DNA of 64,000 nt. Origin: an uncultured Desulfarculus sp. (GTDB lineage: Bacteria > Desulfobacterota > Desulfarculia > Desulfarculales > Desulfarculaceae). The notes under the pieces are model-generated. The model did no database searches and was not told where the DNA came from. It saw only the letters and a list, made by a program, of their open reading frames with translations. A program made the position numbers and the translations under genes. This document shows positions 8,689-18,679 of the stretch, piece after piece. The first letter of the stretch is position 1. Each line of letters begins with the position of its first letter. The stretch covers positions 1,728,001 through 1,792,000 of the forward strand of contig CAXXUK010000001.1 of the NCBI GenBank assembly GCA_963665125.2, read 5' to 3'.

Positions 8689-10677
8689 TTAAACCAGTTT
8701 GATCCGCAGGATGTCGTTGAAGGCGTCGGCCTTTTCAACGATTGCCGTGACCTGCTGGCCCGGTTTGAGCTTTAGGTCGGACGTTTTGGGTACGCCGGTG
8801 AGCATCATGATGTCCGGCAGCAGGATGGACCAGCGCCGCATCTGGGGCTCCATGGCAATGGCCGGCAATTCCTGGCCCCGCCTGGCCTCCAGCCATCTCA
8901 TCAGCCAATAGCGCTGGCGCATGTTGCGAACCCTGCCCGCACGCCGTACCACCGGCTCCACCTCCTGGGCGATGTCCTTGAGTTGCTGCTTGGTGTATGC
9001 CGGTTCCCGGCCGGCCAGCACCGAGCCCAACTGCCGCTGCACCACCAGATCCAGATAGCGCCGGATGGGGCTGGTGGCGTGGGTGTAGGGGTCCACGCCC
9101 AGGCTGGAATGCAGGCCTGGCTTGGTGGTCAAGTCGGCTGGATTCAGAAGCCTGCGCTGGCTGAAATGCAGATAGATATCTTCCGGGTCGCCCTCGTTCA
9201 GGGGCTGTGACGGAGGTGCCTGGCGGCGGTAAAGGCACGGCGCTTCGCTTTCCATCAGATAGCGGGCGGCCAGCCAGTTGGCCAGGATCGCCGTTTCGGC
9301 GACCATCTCCCTGGTCGCGCCCTCGCGGTCGATGCGCCGCACGTAGACCTCGCCGGTCTCGTCGTCAATGCCCACGATGACCTCGGGCAGGGGCAGGAAA
9401 TAGGCCCCGGCCTGGGCCCGCTTGCGCTTAAGGGCCAGGCAGACCTTGTGCATGTCCGACAGGCGCATGTCATCGCCCAACAGGCCGTCGGCCTCGTCAT
9501 AGGTCAGGCGGCTGTCCACCCGGATGATGCTGCGCTCCAGCCGCCAATCCAGGATATTGCCCTGGGAGTCCAGCTCGACGAAGGTGCTGATGGCCGGACG
9601 CAGCATGTCCTGGCGCAGGCTCAGGGCGTCTTCGCTGAGCATGGGCGGCAGCATGGGAATGCGGTCGTCGGGCATGTAGATGCTGGTGCCCCGGCCCCGG
9701 CCTTCCATGTCCAAAACGCCGTCGCTCTCCAGCACGGCCCCGGCGTCGGTGATATGCACGCCCAGCACGCCGCCGCCCCGGCCGTCTGGCTGGAACGACA
9801 GGGCGTCGTCAAAGTCGCTGGTGTAGGCCCCGTCAATGGTAAAGGTGTGCAGGCCGGTGAGGTCGCTGCGTCCGCCGTCTTCCAGGGCGGCGCCCACGCT
9901 GATCGCGCCCACGGCCTCCATGATTGACGGCGAAAATCCCTTATGGATGCCCTCCTGGCGCAGGGGCAGGTTTTCGTGCTTGTCGAATACGCCCAGGCGA
10001 ACCAGCAGGTTGAAAAGCTGACGGCGGCCGCCAACCTCGGCCAGGCTGACGATCTCCTTGGCAATCTTGGCGCTGGATGATTCGTCCTCGTGGACCACCA
10101 GATCAACCAGCAGGTCAATCAGTCCTTCCGGGGGCTCGGGGAAAGGCGGCTGGCCGGGCAGATTATTGAGAAACTCCACGGACGCGTCGATCTGTTGGCG
10201 GCGGTTTTCCTCGCGTTCGGCCTGGATCTGTTTTTGTTCGAGTTGCTCGGGGCTCAGAGGCAAAAACTGGCCGCCGGAAAGCTTGAAATGCACATGTTCG
10301 TCAAAAAGCGCCCGCAGGGTGGCTGAGAGATGGTCGCCGCCCACGTCGCCGGAAAAGGCCAGCCCGGCAAGTTCCTCCAGGGGCAGGGCATCGTCTTCCT
10401 CGGCCACCAGTTCCCAAAGTTCCAGGACATCGACCTGTCCGGCCATATCCTCCCGGCGTTGCAGAATGTCCTGCAAGGCCTCCACCTGTGCCTGGCGGTT
10501 GCCGCCCGAGGCCCCGCCGCCGCTGGTCATCAACAGCACCCGGCCCTGGGGCAACGAGAGTTCCTTGTCGGCACTGGTAAGGATATTCAACTTGGTTTTC
10601 TTGGCGCTCTGGACCAAGCCAATATTGATGCGGTTCTTATCGATGAATTCGACCAACTGGCCTACAGGATCGGACAT
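8689..10677 (-). CDS. RNB-domain exoribonuclease (RNase II/R family)
   Basis: Catalytic TIDGAYTSDFDDALS, GVHITD, RGTSIYMPD..PMLP, YTHATSPIRRYLDL. Confidence 0.92.
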   Translation of the reverse strand: MSDPVGQLVEFIDKNRINIGLVQSAKKTKLNILTSADKELSLPQGRVLLMTSGGGASGGNRQAQVEALQDILQRREDMAGQVDVLELWELVAEEDDALPLEELAGLAFSGDVGGDHLSATLRALFDEHVHFKLSGGQFLPLSPEQLEQKQIQAEREENRRQQIDASVEFLNNLPGQPPFPEPPEGLIDLLVDLVVHEDESSSAKIAKEIVSLAEVGGRRQLFNLLVRLGVFDKHENLPLRQEGIHKGFSPSIMEAVGAISVGAALEDGGRSDLTGLHTFTIDGAYTSDFDDALSFQPDGRGGGVLGVHITDAGAVLESDGVLDMEGRGRGTSIYMPDDRIPMLPPMLSEDALSLRQDMLRPAISTFVELDSQGNILDWRLERSIIRVDSRLTYDEADGLLGDDMRLSDMHKVCLALKRKRAQAGAYFLPLPEVIVGIDDETGEVYVRRIDREGATREMVAETAILANWLAARYLMESEAPCLYRRQAPPSQPLNEGDPEDIYLHFSQRRLLNPADLTTKPGLHSSLGVDPYTHATSPIRRYLDLVVQRQLGSVLAGREPAYTKQQLKDIAQEVEPVVRRAGRVRNMRQRYWLMRWLEARRGQELPAIAMEPQMRRWSILLPDIMMLTGVPKTSDLKLKPGQQVTAIVEKADAFNDILRIKLV

Positions 10678-10873
10678 AATTTGATTAATCAATCTCCCGG
10701 AGCATGAGGTCATTCAGTGTACCCACAGGCCCATGGGGTGTCAACTTGACTCAACGTCGCAATTGGGTTATCCGGCATTCTGATATACAATATAGCCTGC
10801 AAACGGCCCGGCCTGCCCCCCAGGCGGCGATCACCGGTTGCCAACAAACCACCTGCCGCGTTACGGAGCGTTC

Positions 10874-12283
10874 ATGATTCGCCATACGGCCCGCATGGGC
10901 ACACTTCTGATTTTCCTGATTTGCCTGATCATCCCCCAGGCCGCCCAGAGCATGGACTTCCGCCGCTCCACCCTGGAGGGCGAGGTCATAACCCTGAGCC
11001 AGTTCCGGGGCCGGGTGGTGGTGTTGGATTTTTTCGCGACATATTGCGGCCCCTGCACCCAGGCCATGCCCAAGCTGGTCAGCCTGCAAAAGGCCTACGG
11101 CCACGCCGGGCTGAGCGTGCTGGGCTATAGCGTCGACCGCGAGGGGGCCACGGTGGTTGGCCCCTATGCCGCCCGCAACGGCCTGAATTTCCCCGTTGTC
11201 CTGGGCGACACCAAGGAAGCCAAAAGCATCGCCGAGGTTGAGGCCCTGCCCACCACGCTGGTCATCGACCCCCAGGGCCGGGTGGTGGCCCGTTTCAAGG
11301 GTGCCGTGGGCAAGGATCGCCTGCTGGCGGCGGTGCGGCCCTATCTGCGCTCCGGGGCCAAGCCCGCCCCGGTCGCGGCGTCCGAGCAATACAGCCAGCC
11401 CTCGTCAAAGCGGTTCAGCCGGGTCTGGGTGACCCCCAACATGCTGTTCCACGGCAAGGAAGGCGTATTTGTCCACGCCATCGTAAACGTGGCCGACCTC
11501 AACCCATACCAAGGCCTTTGGCTGGGCCTGAACATGACGCCCACCCGCCTTAATGGCGACGGATCGGCCACGCCCCTGGGGCAGGTGGTGCAGCGATATC
11601 AGCGCATCGACGACGCCTGGCGCTCCCACTTCATCCTGTTTCTGAGCTGCGACCAGTTTCCCAGGCTGGGCCGGGGCGGGGCTCTGCGCTCCCGGATGAC
11701 CCTGCTGGGTCCGGGCGAAAAAGTCCTGGCCCGCAGTGACGACTTCTGGATGTCCGACGAATGCGGCGCCGGACCAGCCGAGCCTAAAAAAGAATTCGAA
11801 CAAGCCGATCCCTGGCTGCGCGGCGAAAAGACGCCCCGCCAGACCGGCATGGTTGACGGCCACCGCTGGAACGGCGAGGGCCGCCTGAGCAGCGTCTGGC
11901 TCACCGGCCCGACCACCCATGAAGACCAGCCCGGCTATCTGGTCCATATCAACGCGGAGTTGGACGGCCTGGACCTGGACGACGGCGTGTGGTTCTGCCT
12001 TAATTTCGGCCCGCCCAGCAGCGCCAAGGGCGCGGGCGGCTATTCCTCGGCCCGGCTGCTTCACCGGGTGGACAGCAAGTTTCCGTCCCACTACATCCTC
12101 TTTGTCAGTTGCGGCCAACTGCCCGCCTCGGCGGCCAGGGGCGACTCGGGCATGTGGGTCAGCCTGTTGTCCGGCCGCAACCGCATGGCCCTGGAGCGCT
12201 CGGGCGTGTTCAACCTGACCAGCCCATGCCGGGCCGGGTCTGCAAAGGCCCAGCGGACCGAAGAATTCAAGGCCATTCCGTAA
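10874..12283 (+). CDS. Exported TlpA-like thiol:disulfide oxidoreductase with two tandem C-terminal domains of unknown function
   Basis: Signal peptide; VVVLDFFATYCGPC; cis-Pro LPTTLVIDPQG; ~290 aa extension with internal duplication. Confidence 0.85.
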   Translation: MIRHTARMGTLLIFLICLIIPQAAQSMDFRRSTLEGEVITLSQFRGRVVVLDFFATYCGPCTQAMPKLVSLQKAYGHAGLSVLGYSVDREGATVVGPYAARNGLNFPVVLGDTKEAKSIAEVEALPTTLVIDPQGRVVARFKGAVGKDRLLAAVRPYLRSGAKPAPVAASEQYSQPSSKRFSRVWVTPNMLFHGKEGVFVHAIVNVADLNPYQGLWLGLNMTPTRLNGDGSATPLGQVVQRYQRIDDAWRSHFILFLSCDQFPRLGRGGALRSRMTLLGPGEKVLARSDDFWMSDECGAGPAEPKKEFEQADPWLRGEKTPRQTGMVDGHRWNGEGRLSSVWLTGPTTHEDQPGYLVHINAELDGLDLDDGVWFCLNFGPPSSAKGAGGYSSARLLHRVDSKFPSHYILFVSCGQLPASAARGDSGMWVSLLSGRNRMALERSGVFNLTSPCRAGSAKAQRTEEFKAIP

Positions 12284-12285
12284 GG

Positions 12286-14031
12286 GTGGAGACCGCGGGC
12301 CAAATAGTAAAACGCCTGGCTAAAAAGAGCGTACCTTCCCTGCTGCTGGGCCTGGTCGCCCTGTTGATGGTGGATTTTTTACAGCTCAGCGTGCCCCGGG
12401 TCATCAAGCTGGCCGTGGACGAATTGACCCTGGGCCGGGCCGACAGCCGCCTGCTGGCAATCTACGGCCTCATCGTCCTGGGCTTGGCCGCGTCCATGGG
12501 TCTGTTGCGCCTGTTGTGGCGGCCTCTTTTATTCGGTTTCGCCCGGCGCACCGAGCGCAAGCTTCGCCAGCAGATCTTCGACCACGTACAAACCATGCAC
12601 GTGGGCTATCTTGCCGACAACCCGCCGGGCGAGATCATGGCCCGTGCCACCAGCGACCTCAACAACATCCGCATGTCGGTGAGCTTCGGGCTCATCGCGG
12701 CCACCGACGGCTTGGTCATGGGCCTTGCCGCCATCGGCTTCATGATGGTCATCAATCCGGTTCTGACGCTTTTTGCCCTTTTGCCCATGCCTCTGATCGT
12801 GGTTATCGGCAGGGTGGTGGGCCGCCGCATGCACGCGGGGTTCATGGCCGTGCAGGAGTCGTTCGCGACCATGACCGAAGAGGTCCGGGAGGTGCTCAGC
12901 GCCATTGGCATGATCAAAGTCTACGCCCTGGCCGGGCGGGAGGAACGCCGTCTGGCCGCCGCCGGACGCGATTACCTGGCCCTGAACATGCGCGTGGCCC
13001 GGCTCCAGTCGCTGATGTTCCCCCTGGCCTCCTTTTTCACCAGTCTTAGCCTGGCCATCGTGCTGGGCGCGGGCGGCCCCCTGGCCGTGTTCAGCCAGAT
13101 CACCCCCGGCGACTTCGTGGCCTTTACGGCCTACCTGGGCCTGCTGACCTGGCCCATGATGGCCCTGGGCTGGGTGGTGGGCCTGTTGCAGCGGGGCCGG
13201 GCGAGCATGCAGCGGGTCACGGAGATCATCACGGCCCAACCCCTGATAAACGACCCGGCCGATCCCGCGCCTTTGCCCCAAGCCCACGGCGGCATCAGCG
13301 TACGCGGCCTGAATTACACCTATGAAGGGGCTGCCGTAGGCGCGCTGCATGACGTTGATCTGGATGTGGCCCATGGTCGGGTTACTGCCGTTGTCGGACC
13401 GGTGGGCTGCGGCAAATCAACCCTGCTTTCACTGATCCCCAGGGTCATAGATCCGCCGGATGAGGCCGTGCGGGTGGATGGCGTCGACGTTCGCCGCCTG
13501 GCCTTGGCCGATTTGCGCGGCTACGTGGTCCTGGCGCCCCAGGAGGCCTATATCTTTTCCACCTCGGTTCGTGAAAACCTGAGCCTGGGCAGGCCCGACG
13601 CCACGGAGGACGAGCTTTGGCAGGCCCTGGAGGCCGCGGAATTCGCCGACGAAGTGCGGGCCCTGCCGTCCGGCCTGGACACCGAGCTTGGCGAACGGGG
13701 CCACACCCTCAGCGGCGGCCAGCGCCAGCGCCTTGGACTGGCCAGGGTCCTTCTCTTGAACCCGCCGGTCCTGCTGCTGGACGACCCCCTTTCGGCGGTG
13801 GACACCAGCACCGAGCAGAGAATCCTACAAAACCTGGCCACGTTGCGCCGGGGCAAGACCACGGTCATCGTCAGCCACCGCCTGGCCTCGGTGGCCTTTG
13901 CCGACGCCATCTACGTGCTCGACCACGGCAAGGTCGTCGAGCGCGGAGTGCACCACGGGCTTGTGCGCCAGGGCGGCCTGTACCAGAGCCTCTTCGCCGA
14001 GCAGGCGGCCATCGCCGCCCTGGAGGGTTGA
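12286..14031 (+). CDS. ABC exporter subunit, fused TMD-NBD (MdlA/TM287-like)
   Basis: TM helices, Walker A GPVGCGKST, LSGGQ, Walker B LLLDD; GTG start 2 nt after upstream stop. Confidence 0.92.
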   Translation: METAGQIVKRLAKKSVPSLLLGLVALLMVDFLQLSVPRVIKLAVDELTLGRADSRLLAIYGLIVLGLAASMGLLRLLWRPLLFGFARRTERKLRQQIFDHVQTMHVGYLADNPPGEIMARATSDLNNIRMSVSFGLIAATDGLVMGLAAIGFMMVINPVLTLFALLPMPLIVVIGRVVGRRMHAGFMAVQESFATMTEEVREVLSAIGMIKVYALAGREERRLAAAGRDYLALNMRVARLQSLMFPLASFFTSLSLAIVLGAGGPLAVFSQITPGDFVAFTAYLGLLTWPMMALGWVVGLLQRGRASMQRVTEIITAQPLINDPADPAPLPQAHGGISVRGLNYTYEGAAVGALHDVDLDVAHGRVTAVVGPVGCGKSTLLSLIPRVIDPPDEAVRVDGVDVRRLALADLRGYVVLAPQEAYIFSTSVRENLSLGRPDATEDELWQALEAAEFADEVRALPSGLDTELGERGHTLSGGQRQRLGLARVLLLNPPVLLLDDPLSAVDTSTEQRILQNLATLRRGKTTVIVSHRLASVAFADAIYVLDHGKVVERGVHHGLVRQGGLYQSLFAEQAAIAALEG

Positions 14032-14034
14032 CCC

Positions 14035-16161
14035 ATGCCTCCAGGTGATTTCGGATACATGGAAGAAGGCGAACTGGGCAAGGCCTACAATTTCAGCCTC
14101 ATCGCCAGACTGGCCCGTTATCTTGGCGGCTCGGGCCGTAAACTTGCCGTGGCCGCGGTTCTGGTGCTGTTGGCCACCCTGCTGCAACTGGCCCTGCCCT
14201 ATATCACCCGCATCGGCATCGACAACTACATGGTCCGCCAAGCCCTGGCCCTGCGCCTAGGCAAAGCCACGCCCCAGCAGGAGAAAAACCTAAGGGCCCA
14301 GGCTGCGGGCAAGATCATCCAAGGTTCCCACGGTGGGGCCTTCATCACCGAACCGGACCTGCGCAAGGTGGACCCGCGCCTTGTGGCCCAACTGCGGCGC
14401 GACGGCGTTGTGGACGAATCGCCCTTTTATCTGGCACCGGACAATGACACGACCAGGGCTTTGGCCAAGCAGTATCCCAACCTGTTCACCAGGGCCGACA
14501 GCCGATACCTGATCCACACGGCCGACCTGAAGCGCCTGCCCGAGGGCTCGTTGCGGGAGCTACGCACGCCGGACGCCTACGGCCTGGCCGTGCTGGGCCT
14601 GGCCTTTGCCCTGCTTTCGCTTTTCGGCCTGGCCTTTGAGTATGCCCAGTCCATGATCCTGGAACGGGCGGGCCAGGAGATGATGTATGACCTGCGCCAA
14701 GACCTGTTCGGCCACGTGCTGAGCCGCTCGTCGGCGTTTTTCTCCAAAAACCCGGTGGGCAAGCTGGTCACCCGCATCACCAACGACGTACAGAACATCA
14801 ACGAGATGTTCCGCTCCACCCTGGTTTCGCTGATCCAGGACTTATTCATGCTGCTGGGCATCGTGGCGGTGATGCTGGCCCTTGACGTGACCCTGGCCCT
14901 GGTCTGTCTGACCCTCGTGCCGATCATCGCGGTGATGGCCTATGTCTTCGCCCGCCTGGCCAGGGAGGCCTTCCGGGCCTTGCAGGGTCACCTGGGCCGT
15001 ATCAATTCCTGGCTCAGCGAGACGCTCAGCGGCTTGGCCGTGGTGCAGCTTCTGCGCGCCGAGGCCGCGGGCTCCCGGCGCTTCCGGGGCATGAACCAGT
15101 CCTACTACGAAGCGGGCATGAAACAGGTCAAGGTCTTCGCCGTGTTCATGCCCCTGGCCGAGCTTTTTTCCGCCCTGGCCGTGGCCCTGATCATCTGGTA
15201 CGGCGGAGGCCAGGTCATCCAGGACCGCATCAGCCTGGGCACCCTGGTGGCGTTTTTGTCGTACATGCAGATGTTCTTCCGGCCCGTGCGCGACCTGGCC
15301 GAGAAATACAACATCCTCCAGGCGGCCATGGCCAGCGGCGAGCGCATCTTCAACCTTTTGGACGATGACGCGGCCCTGCCCCTGCCGCCCGAACCCGTGG
15401 ACCCGGAGCCGGGGCCGGGCCGGGTGGTCTTCGAAAACGTCGGCTTCGGTTATGACCCGGCCAAGCCGGTGGTGCGGGAGGTGAGCTTCACCATACCGCC
15501 GGGCCAGGTCTGGGCCGTGGTGGGCCCCACCGGCGCGGGCAAGACCAGCCTCACCTCGCTTTTGATGCGCCTGTACGATCCCCAGCAGGGCCGGGTGCTC
15601 ATCGACGGCGTGGATTTGCGGACCATGGACCGTCAGGCCATCGCCCGGCGGGTGGCCCTGGTGCCCCAGGAGGTGGTGCTGCTGGCCGGGACCATCGCCG
15701 ACAACGTCCTGCTGGACAGATCCCAGGCCACGGAAGACGACCTGCGCCGGGCCCTGGAGGTCAGCGGCGCGTCCACTTTCGTGGATCAGTTGCCCGGCGG
15801 CGCCCAGACCCAGCTGGGCGAAGGCGGCCGCAAGCTCAGCGCGGGCCAGCGGCAGATCCTGTCATTGGCCCGGGCCCTGGCCGGGCGGCCCAAGGTCTTG
15901 ATTCTGGACGAGGCCACCAGCAGCGTGGACCCGGCCTCGGAGAGGCTGATCCAGCAGGCCCTGCCCAGGGTCATGGCCGGGCGCACCAGCCTGGTGGTGG
16001 CCCACAGGCTGTCGACCATCCGCAACGCCGACAATATCCTGGTCATGCAAAACGGCCGCGTGGTCGAACAGGGCAGGCACGACGAACTGGCCGCCGCCGG
16101 GGGGCTCTACGCCCGCCTGGTGCGGCTGGAGGAAATGAAAGGCAGGGAACCGGCGGGCTAA
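14035..16161 (+). CDS. ABC exporter subunit, fused TMD-NBD (MdlB/TM288-like) with large extracytoplasmic insertion
   Basis: Walker A GPTGAGKT, LSAGQ, Walker B LILDEATSSVD, AHRLST. Confidence 0.92.
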   Translation: MPPGDFGYMEEGELGKAYNFSLIARLARYLGGSGRKLAVAAVLVLLATLLQLALPYITRIGIDNYMVRQALALRLGKATPQQEKNLRAQAAGKIIQGSHGGAFITEPDLRKVDPRLVAQLRRDGVVDESPFYLAPDNDTTRALAKQYPNLFTRADSRYLIHTADLKRLPEGSLRELRTPDAYGLAVLGLAFALLSLFGLAFEYAQSMILERAGQEMMYDLRQDLFGHVLSRSSAFFSKNPVGKLVTRITNDVQNINEMFRSTLVSLIQDLFMLLGIVAVMLALDVTLALVCLTLVPIIAVMAYVFARLAREAFRALQGHLGRINSWLSETLSGLAVVQLLRAEAAGSRRFRGMNQSYYEAGMKQVKVFAVFMPLAELFSALAVALIIWYGGGQVIQDRISLGTLVAFLSYMQMFFRPVRDLAEKYNILQAAMASGERIFNLLDDDAALPLPPEPVDPEPGPGRVVFENVGFGYDPAKPVVREVSFTIPPGQVWAVVGPTGAGKTSLTSLLMRLYDPQQGRVLIDGVDLRTMDRQAIARRVALVPQEVVLLAGTIADNVLLDRSQATEDDLRRALEVSGASTFVDQLPGGAQTQLGEGGRKLSAGQRQILSLARALAGRPKVLILDEATSSVDPASERLIQQALPRVMAGRTSLVVAHRLSTIRNADNILVMQNGRVVEQGRHDELAAAGGLYARLVRLEEMKGREPAG

Positions 16162-17066
16162 AGCCCCAGGAGCCCTGCCGCGTTGTCGTGGGTGATGGCC
16201 CGCTCCAGGGCGGCGTCGCCCTTGCAGGCCTTGCGGGCGATTTTCATGGCCGGTTCCTGGTTGCCGTAGGGCCAATCCGAGCCCAGGACCACCCGCTGCG
16301 GACCGAATGCCTTGATCAGCTTGCGCACCTTGCCCACGCTTTGGAAGGACGTCTCGGCATAGACGTTTTTCAGGACCGGCAACAACTCCAACACGTCCGG
16401 AATATCGTAGAGACCCGAGTGCCCGGCTATGAAGTTGACCTTGGGGAACGCGGCCATCAGGTTGCGGATGGATTCGATTTCGCCGTATTCCGATTTCTGG
16501 CGGGTGGTCTTTTCCTGGCCAAAATAATACGACGAAACGCCGGTGTGGATAAGCACCGGCAGGCCGTGGGGCGCGAAGGCCTCCACCGCCGCCATCATCT
16601 CCGGCGAGTCGGCCCGTTTCTGCTGGATCACCGGATGCAGCTTCAGGCCCCTGGCCCCGGCCGCGACGTCGGCCGCCAACGCCTCGGCCACATCATGCGG
16701 CCTGGTGAAATCCACGCTGGTGAACGGCAGCACCCGGCTGTCGCGCTTATGGGCTTCGAGCAGATCCTTGAACCCAACGTACGGCTCAATGGGCATCACG
16801 GCGATGTAGCCGACATTGTTGCGGTTCAGGGTAGCCTGCATATTCTCCAGGGTCGCCGTGGCGTTGCGGGCCACCTCGGCCTTGGAGACAAGGCCCATGA
16901 TCAGCCCGTAGACGAGCCGCTCGCCGAACGGCAGGCCGCCGTGCAGCCCGGCCTCGGATACGCTCACAACGTCGAAACCGGCTTTTTTGGTTACGCCCGT
17001 CCGCCAGATCAGCCCGCCGCCGTCCGGCTCCAGGATATCGCCCAAGTGTGAGTGGATGTCGATCAT
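16158..17066 (-). CDS. Amidohydrolase family (Amidohydro_2-like) metalloprotein
   Basis: IDIHSH, GARGLKLHP, PVLIHTG, IAGHSG, VVLGSDWP. Confidence 0.88.
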   Translation of the reverse strand: MIDIHSHLGDILEPDGGGLIWRTGVTKKAGFDVVSVSEAGLHGGLPFGERLVYGLIMGLVSKAEVARNATATLENMQATLNRNNVGYIAVMPIEPYVGFKDLLEAHKRDSRVLPFTSVDFTRPHDVAEALAADVAAGARGLKLHPVIQQKRADSPEMMAAVEAFAPHGLPVLIHTGVSSYYFGQEKTTRQKSEYGEIESIRNLMAAFPKVNFIAGHSGLYDIPDVLELLPVLKNVYAETSFQSVGKVRKLIKAFGPQRVVLGSDWPYGNQEPAMKIARKACKGDAALERAITHDNAAGLLGL

Positions 17067-17278
17067 CAGGCACCGCCGTGTTTGGGTGGTCTTTTTTCAG
17101 GGCCGATCCATTTCGCCCGCCCCCAAATTAGTCAATCGACTAACTTAAGCACTTTAAACCGCCCATCCGAGCCGTGTCAATAGCGGTTTTGCCCCGCCCC
17201 AAAGGCATGCTACAAATAACATGCTCCGAAACACGGAGTCCTTGCTCAGCCGCTTGCAAGCAAACAAAGGAGTCCTCA

Positions 17279-18070
17279 ATGAATTTGGGTATTGCCGGGA
17301 AAAACGCCCTGGTCTGCGGGGCCAGCCGGGGCCTGGGACGGGCCTGCGCCGAAGCCCTTGCCGCCGAGGGCTGCAACGTGGCCCTGTGCGCCAGGGGCAG
17401 CCAAGACATGGAGCAGGCGGTCGCCGACATCGCCGGGGCCTACGGCGTTAAGACAATTGCCGCTCCGGCGGATTTGTCAGACAGCAAACAGGCGACGGCG
17501 GCGGCGGAAAAAGCACTGGCCGCTCTGGGCCGAGTGGACATCCTGATCAACAACAACGGCGGGCCGCCCCCGGGCAAGTGGGCCGACTTGTCCGAAGACG
17601 TCTGGCGTAAAACCGTGGATCTGACCCTGCTCTCGGCCCAGGCCATGACCCGCGCGACCCTGCCCGGCATGATCCAACAGGGCTGGGGCCGTATCATCAA
17701 CCTCACCAGCATCTGTGTAAAGCAGCCCCTGGACGGCTTGATGCTCAGCAATGCCATACGCTCGGCCGTCATCGGCTGGGCCAAGAGCCTGGCCGACGAA
17801 GCCGCACCCCACGGCGTGACCGTCAACAACATCTGCCCCGGCTGGTTTCTGACCAAACGGGTGGACGATCTTCTTGAAAACAAGGCGGCTGATGCGGGCG
17901 CCACCAAGGACCAGGTCATGGCGGGCGTACTATCCGGCATCCCCACCGGGCGCATGGGCAAACCCGCAGAACTGGGCGCGTTGGCAGCGTTTTTGGCCAG
18001 CCAACAGGCGGCCTACATCACCGGCGCATCATACGCCCTTGACGGCGGGTTGTACCGGGGCATGCTGTAA
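17279..18070 (+). CDS. Short-chain dehydrogenase/reductase
   Basis: ALVCGASRGLG, VDILINNNGGPP, GVTVNNICPG, YITG...DGG; atypical SxxxR in place of YxxxK. Confidence 0.9.
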   Translation: MNLGIAGKNALVCGASRGLGRACAEALAAEGCNVALCARGSQDMEQAVADIAGAYGVKTIAAPADLSDSKQATAAAEKALAALGRVDILINNNGGPPPGKWADLSEDVWRKTVDLTLLSAQAMTRATLPGMIQQGWGRIINLTSICVKQPLDGLMLSNAIRSAVIGWAKSLADEAAPHGVTVNNICPGWFLTKRVDDLLENKAADAGATKDQVMAGVLSGIPTGRMGKPAELGALAAFLASQQAAYITGASYALDGGLYRGML

Positions 18071-18075
18071 ACGAA

Positions 18076-18130
18076 TCGGGAGGCCGTTTAAGGCCTCCCG
18101 AATCACGCCTCCGGTATAAAACCGGAGGTG
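18076..18130. terminator. Two tandem GC-rich hairpins between convergent genes
   Basis: tcgggaggcc/ggcctcccga (18076-18101) and cgcctccggt/accggaggtg (18106-18130). Confidence 0.6.
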
Positions 18131-18140
18131 TTATTTAGGC

Positions 18141-18521
18141 TTAGCCGCGGACAAAGGCCCAGGCCTGGTCGATATCGGCGACATTGAAATATTTTTCAAT
18201 GCGCTCCTTTTCCTTACTGCCGAGGAGCATATTGTCGGCCTTGATCATGATTTCCTGGATCTTGCTGTCGCCGACCACGGCGATGTGGCGGAGTTGCCCG
18301 ATATGTTTCAGGGCGTAGCGGGCGTCTTCCACAAAGGCCTTGAACTCGCTGGCGGTTATCTCCAGTTCATCGATCTTGCAAAGCAGGTTGACCCTGTCGT
18401 TGCCCTGGGCCAGGACGCCCTCGAAAGCCTTCTTGAACTGCTCGATATCGTCCATGGTGTAGCCCTGGCTTATCTCAACGCCAAGGACATTGCCCCGGCT
18501 GCCGTCCAATACCGCGAACAT
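18141..18521 (-). CDS. STAS/SEC14 (SpoIIAA-like) domain protein
   Basis: NVLGVEISQG, AFVEDARYALKH, RHIAVVGD, KYFN..DIDQAWAFV; SD-like GGAGG upstream of ATG 18521. Confidence 0.8.
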   Translation of the reverse strand: MFAVLDGSRGNVLGVEISQGYTMDDIEQFKKAFEGVLAQGNDRVNLLCKIDELEITASEFKAFVEDARYALKHIGQLRHIAVVGDSKIQEIMIKADNMLLGSKEKERIEKYFNVADIDQAWAFVRG

Positions 18522-18679
18522 CTCTTTCCTCCCTGACAGACCGTGTACAAGTCCGCCGCCACGACCGTGACCTGACCGTCGAGGCCAAGGATTACCAGCG
18601 GCGGTGCCATCTGCACGCAACGTATTCAGATCAAACGCATAATTTATTTTGCGGCATAAGGAGGCCGATATTCCAGCGA

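Noticed and set aside
12109..12285. N-terminal extensions in the ORF track (ABC 12109, SDR 17174, larB 38235, tonB 33073, TPR 32411)
   Set aside because: They overlap neighbouring genes or promoters; downstream starts have SD sites or stop-start coupling.
18594..18610. Sigma54-like TGGCAC box upstream of the STAS/SEC14 gene
   Set aside because: The -12 position reads GG rather than GC, so it does not meet the consensus.
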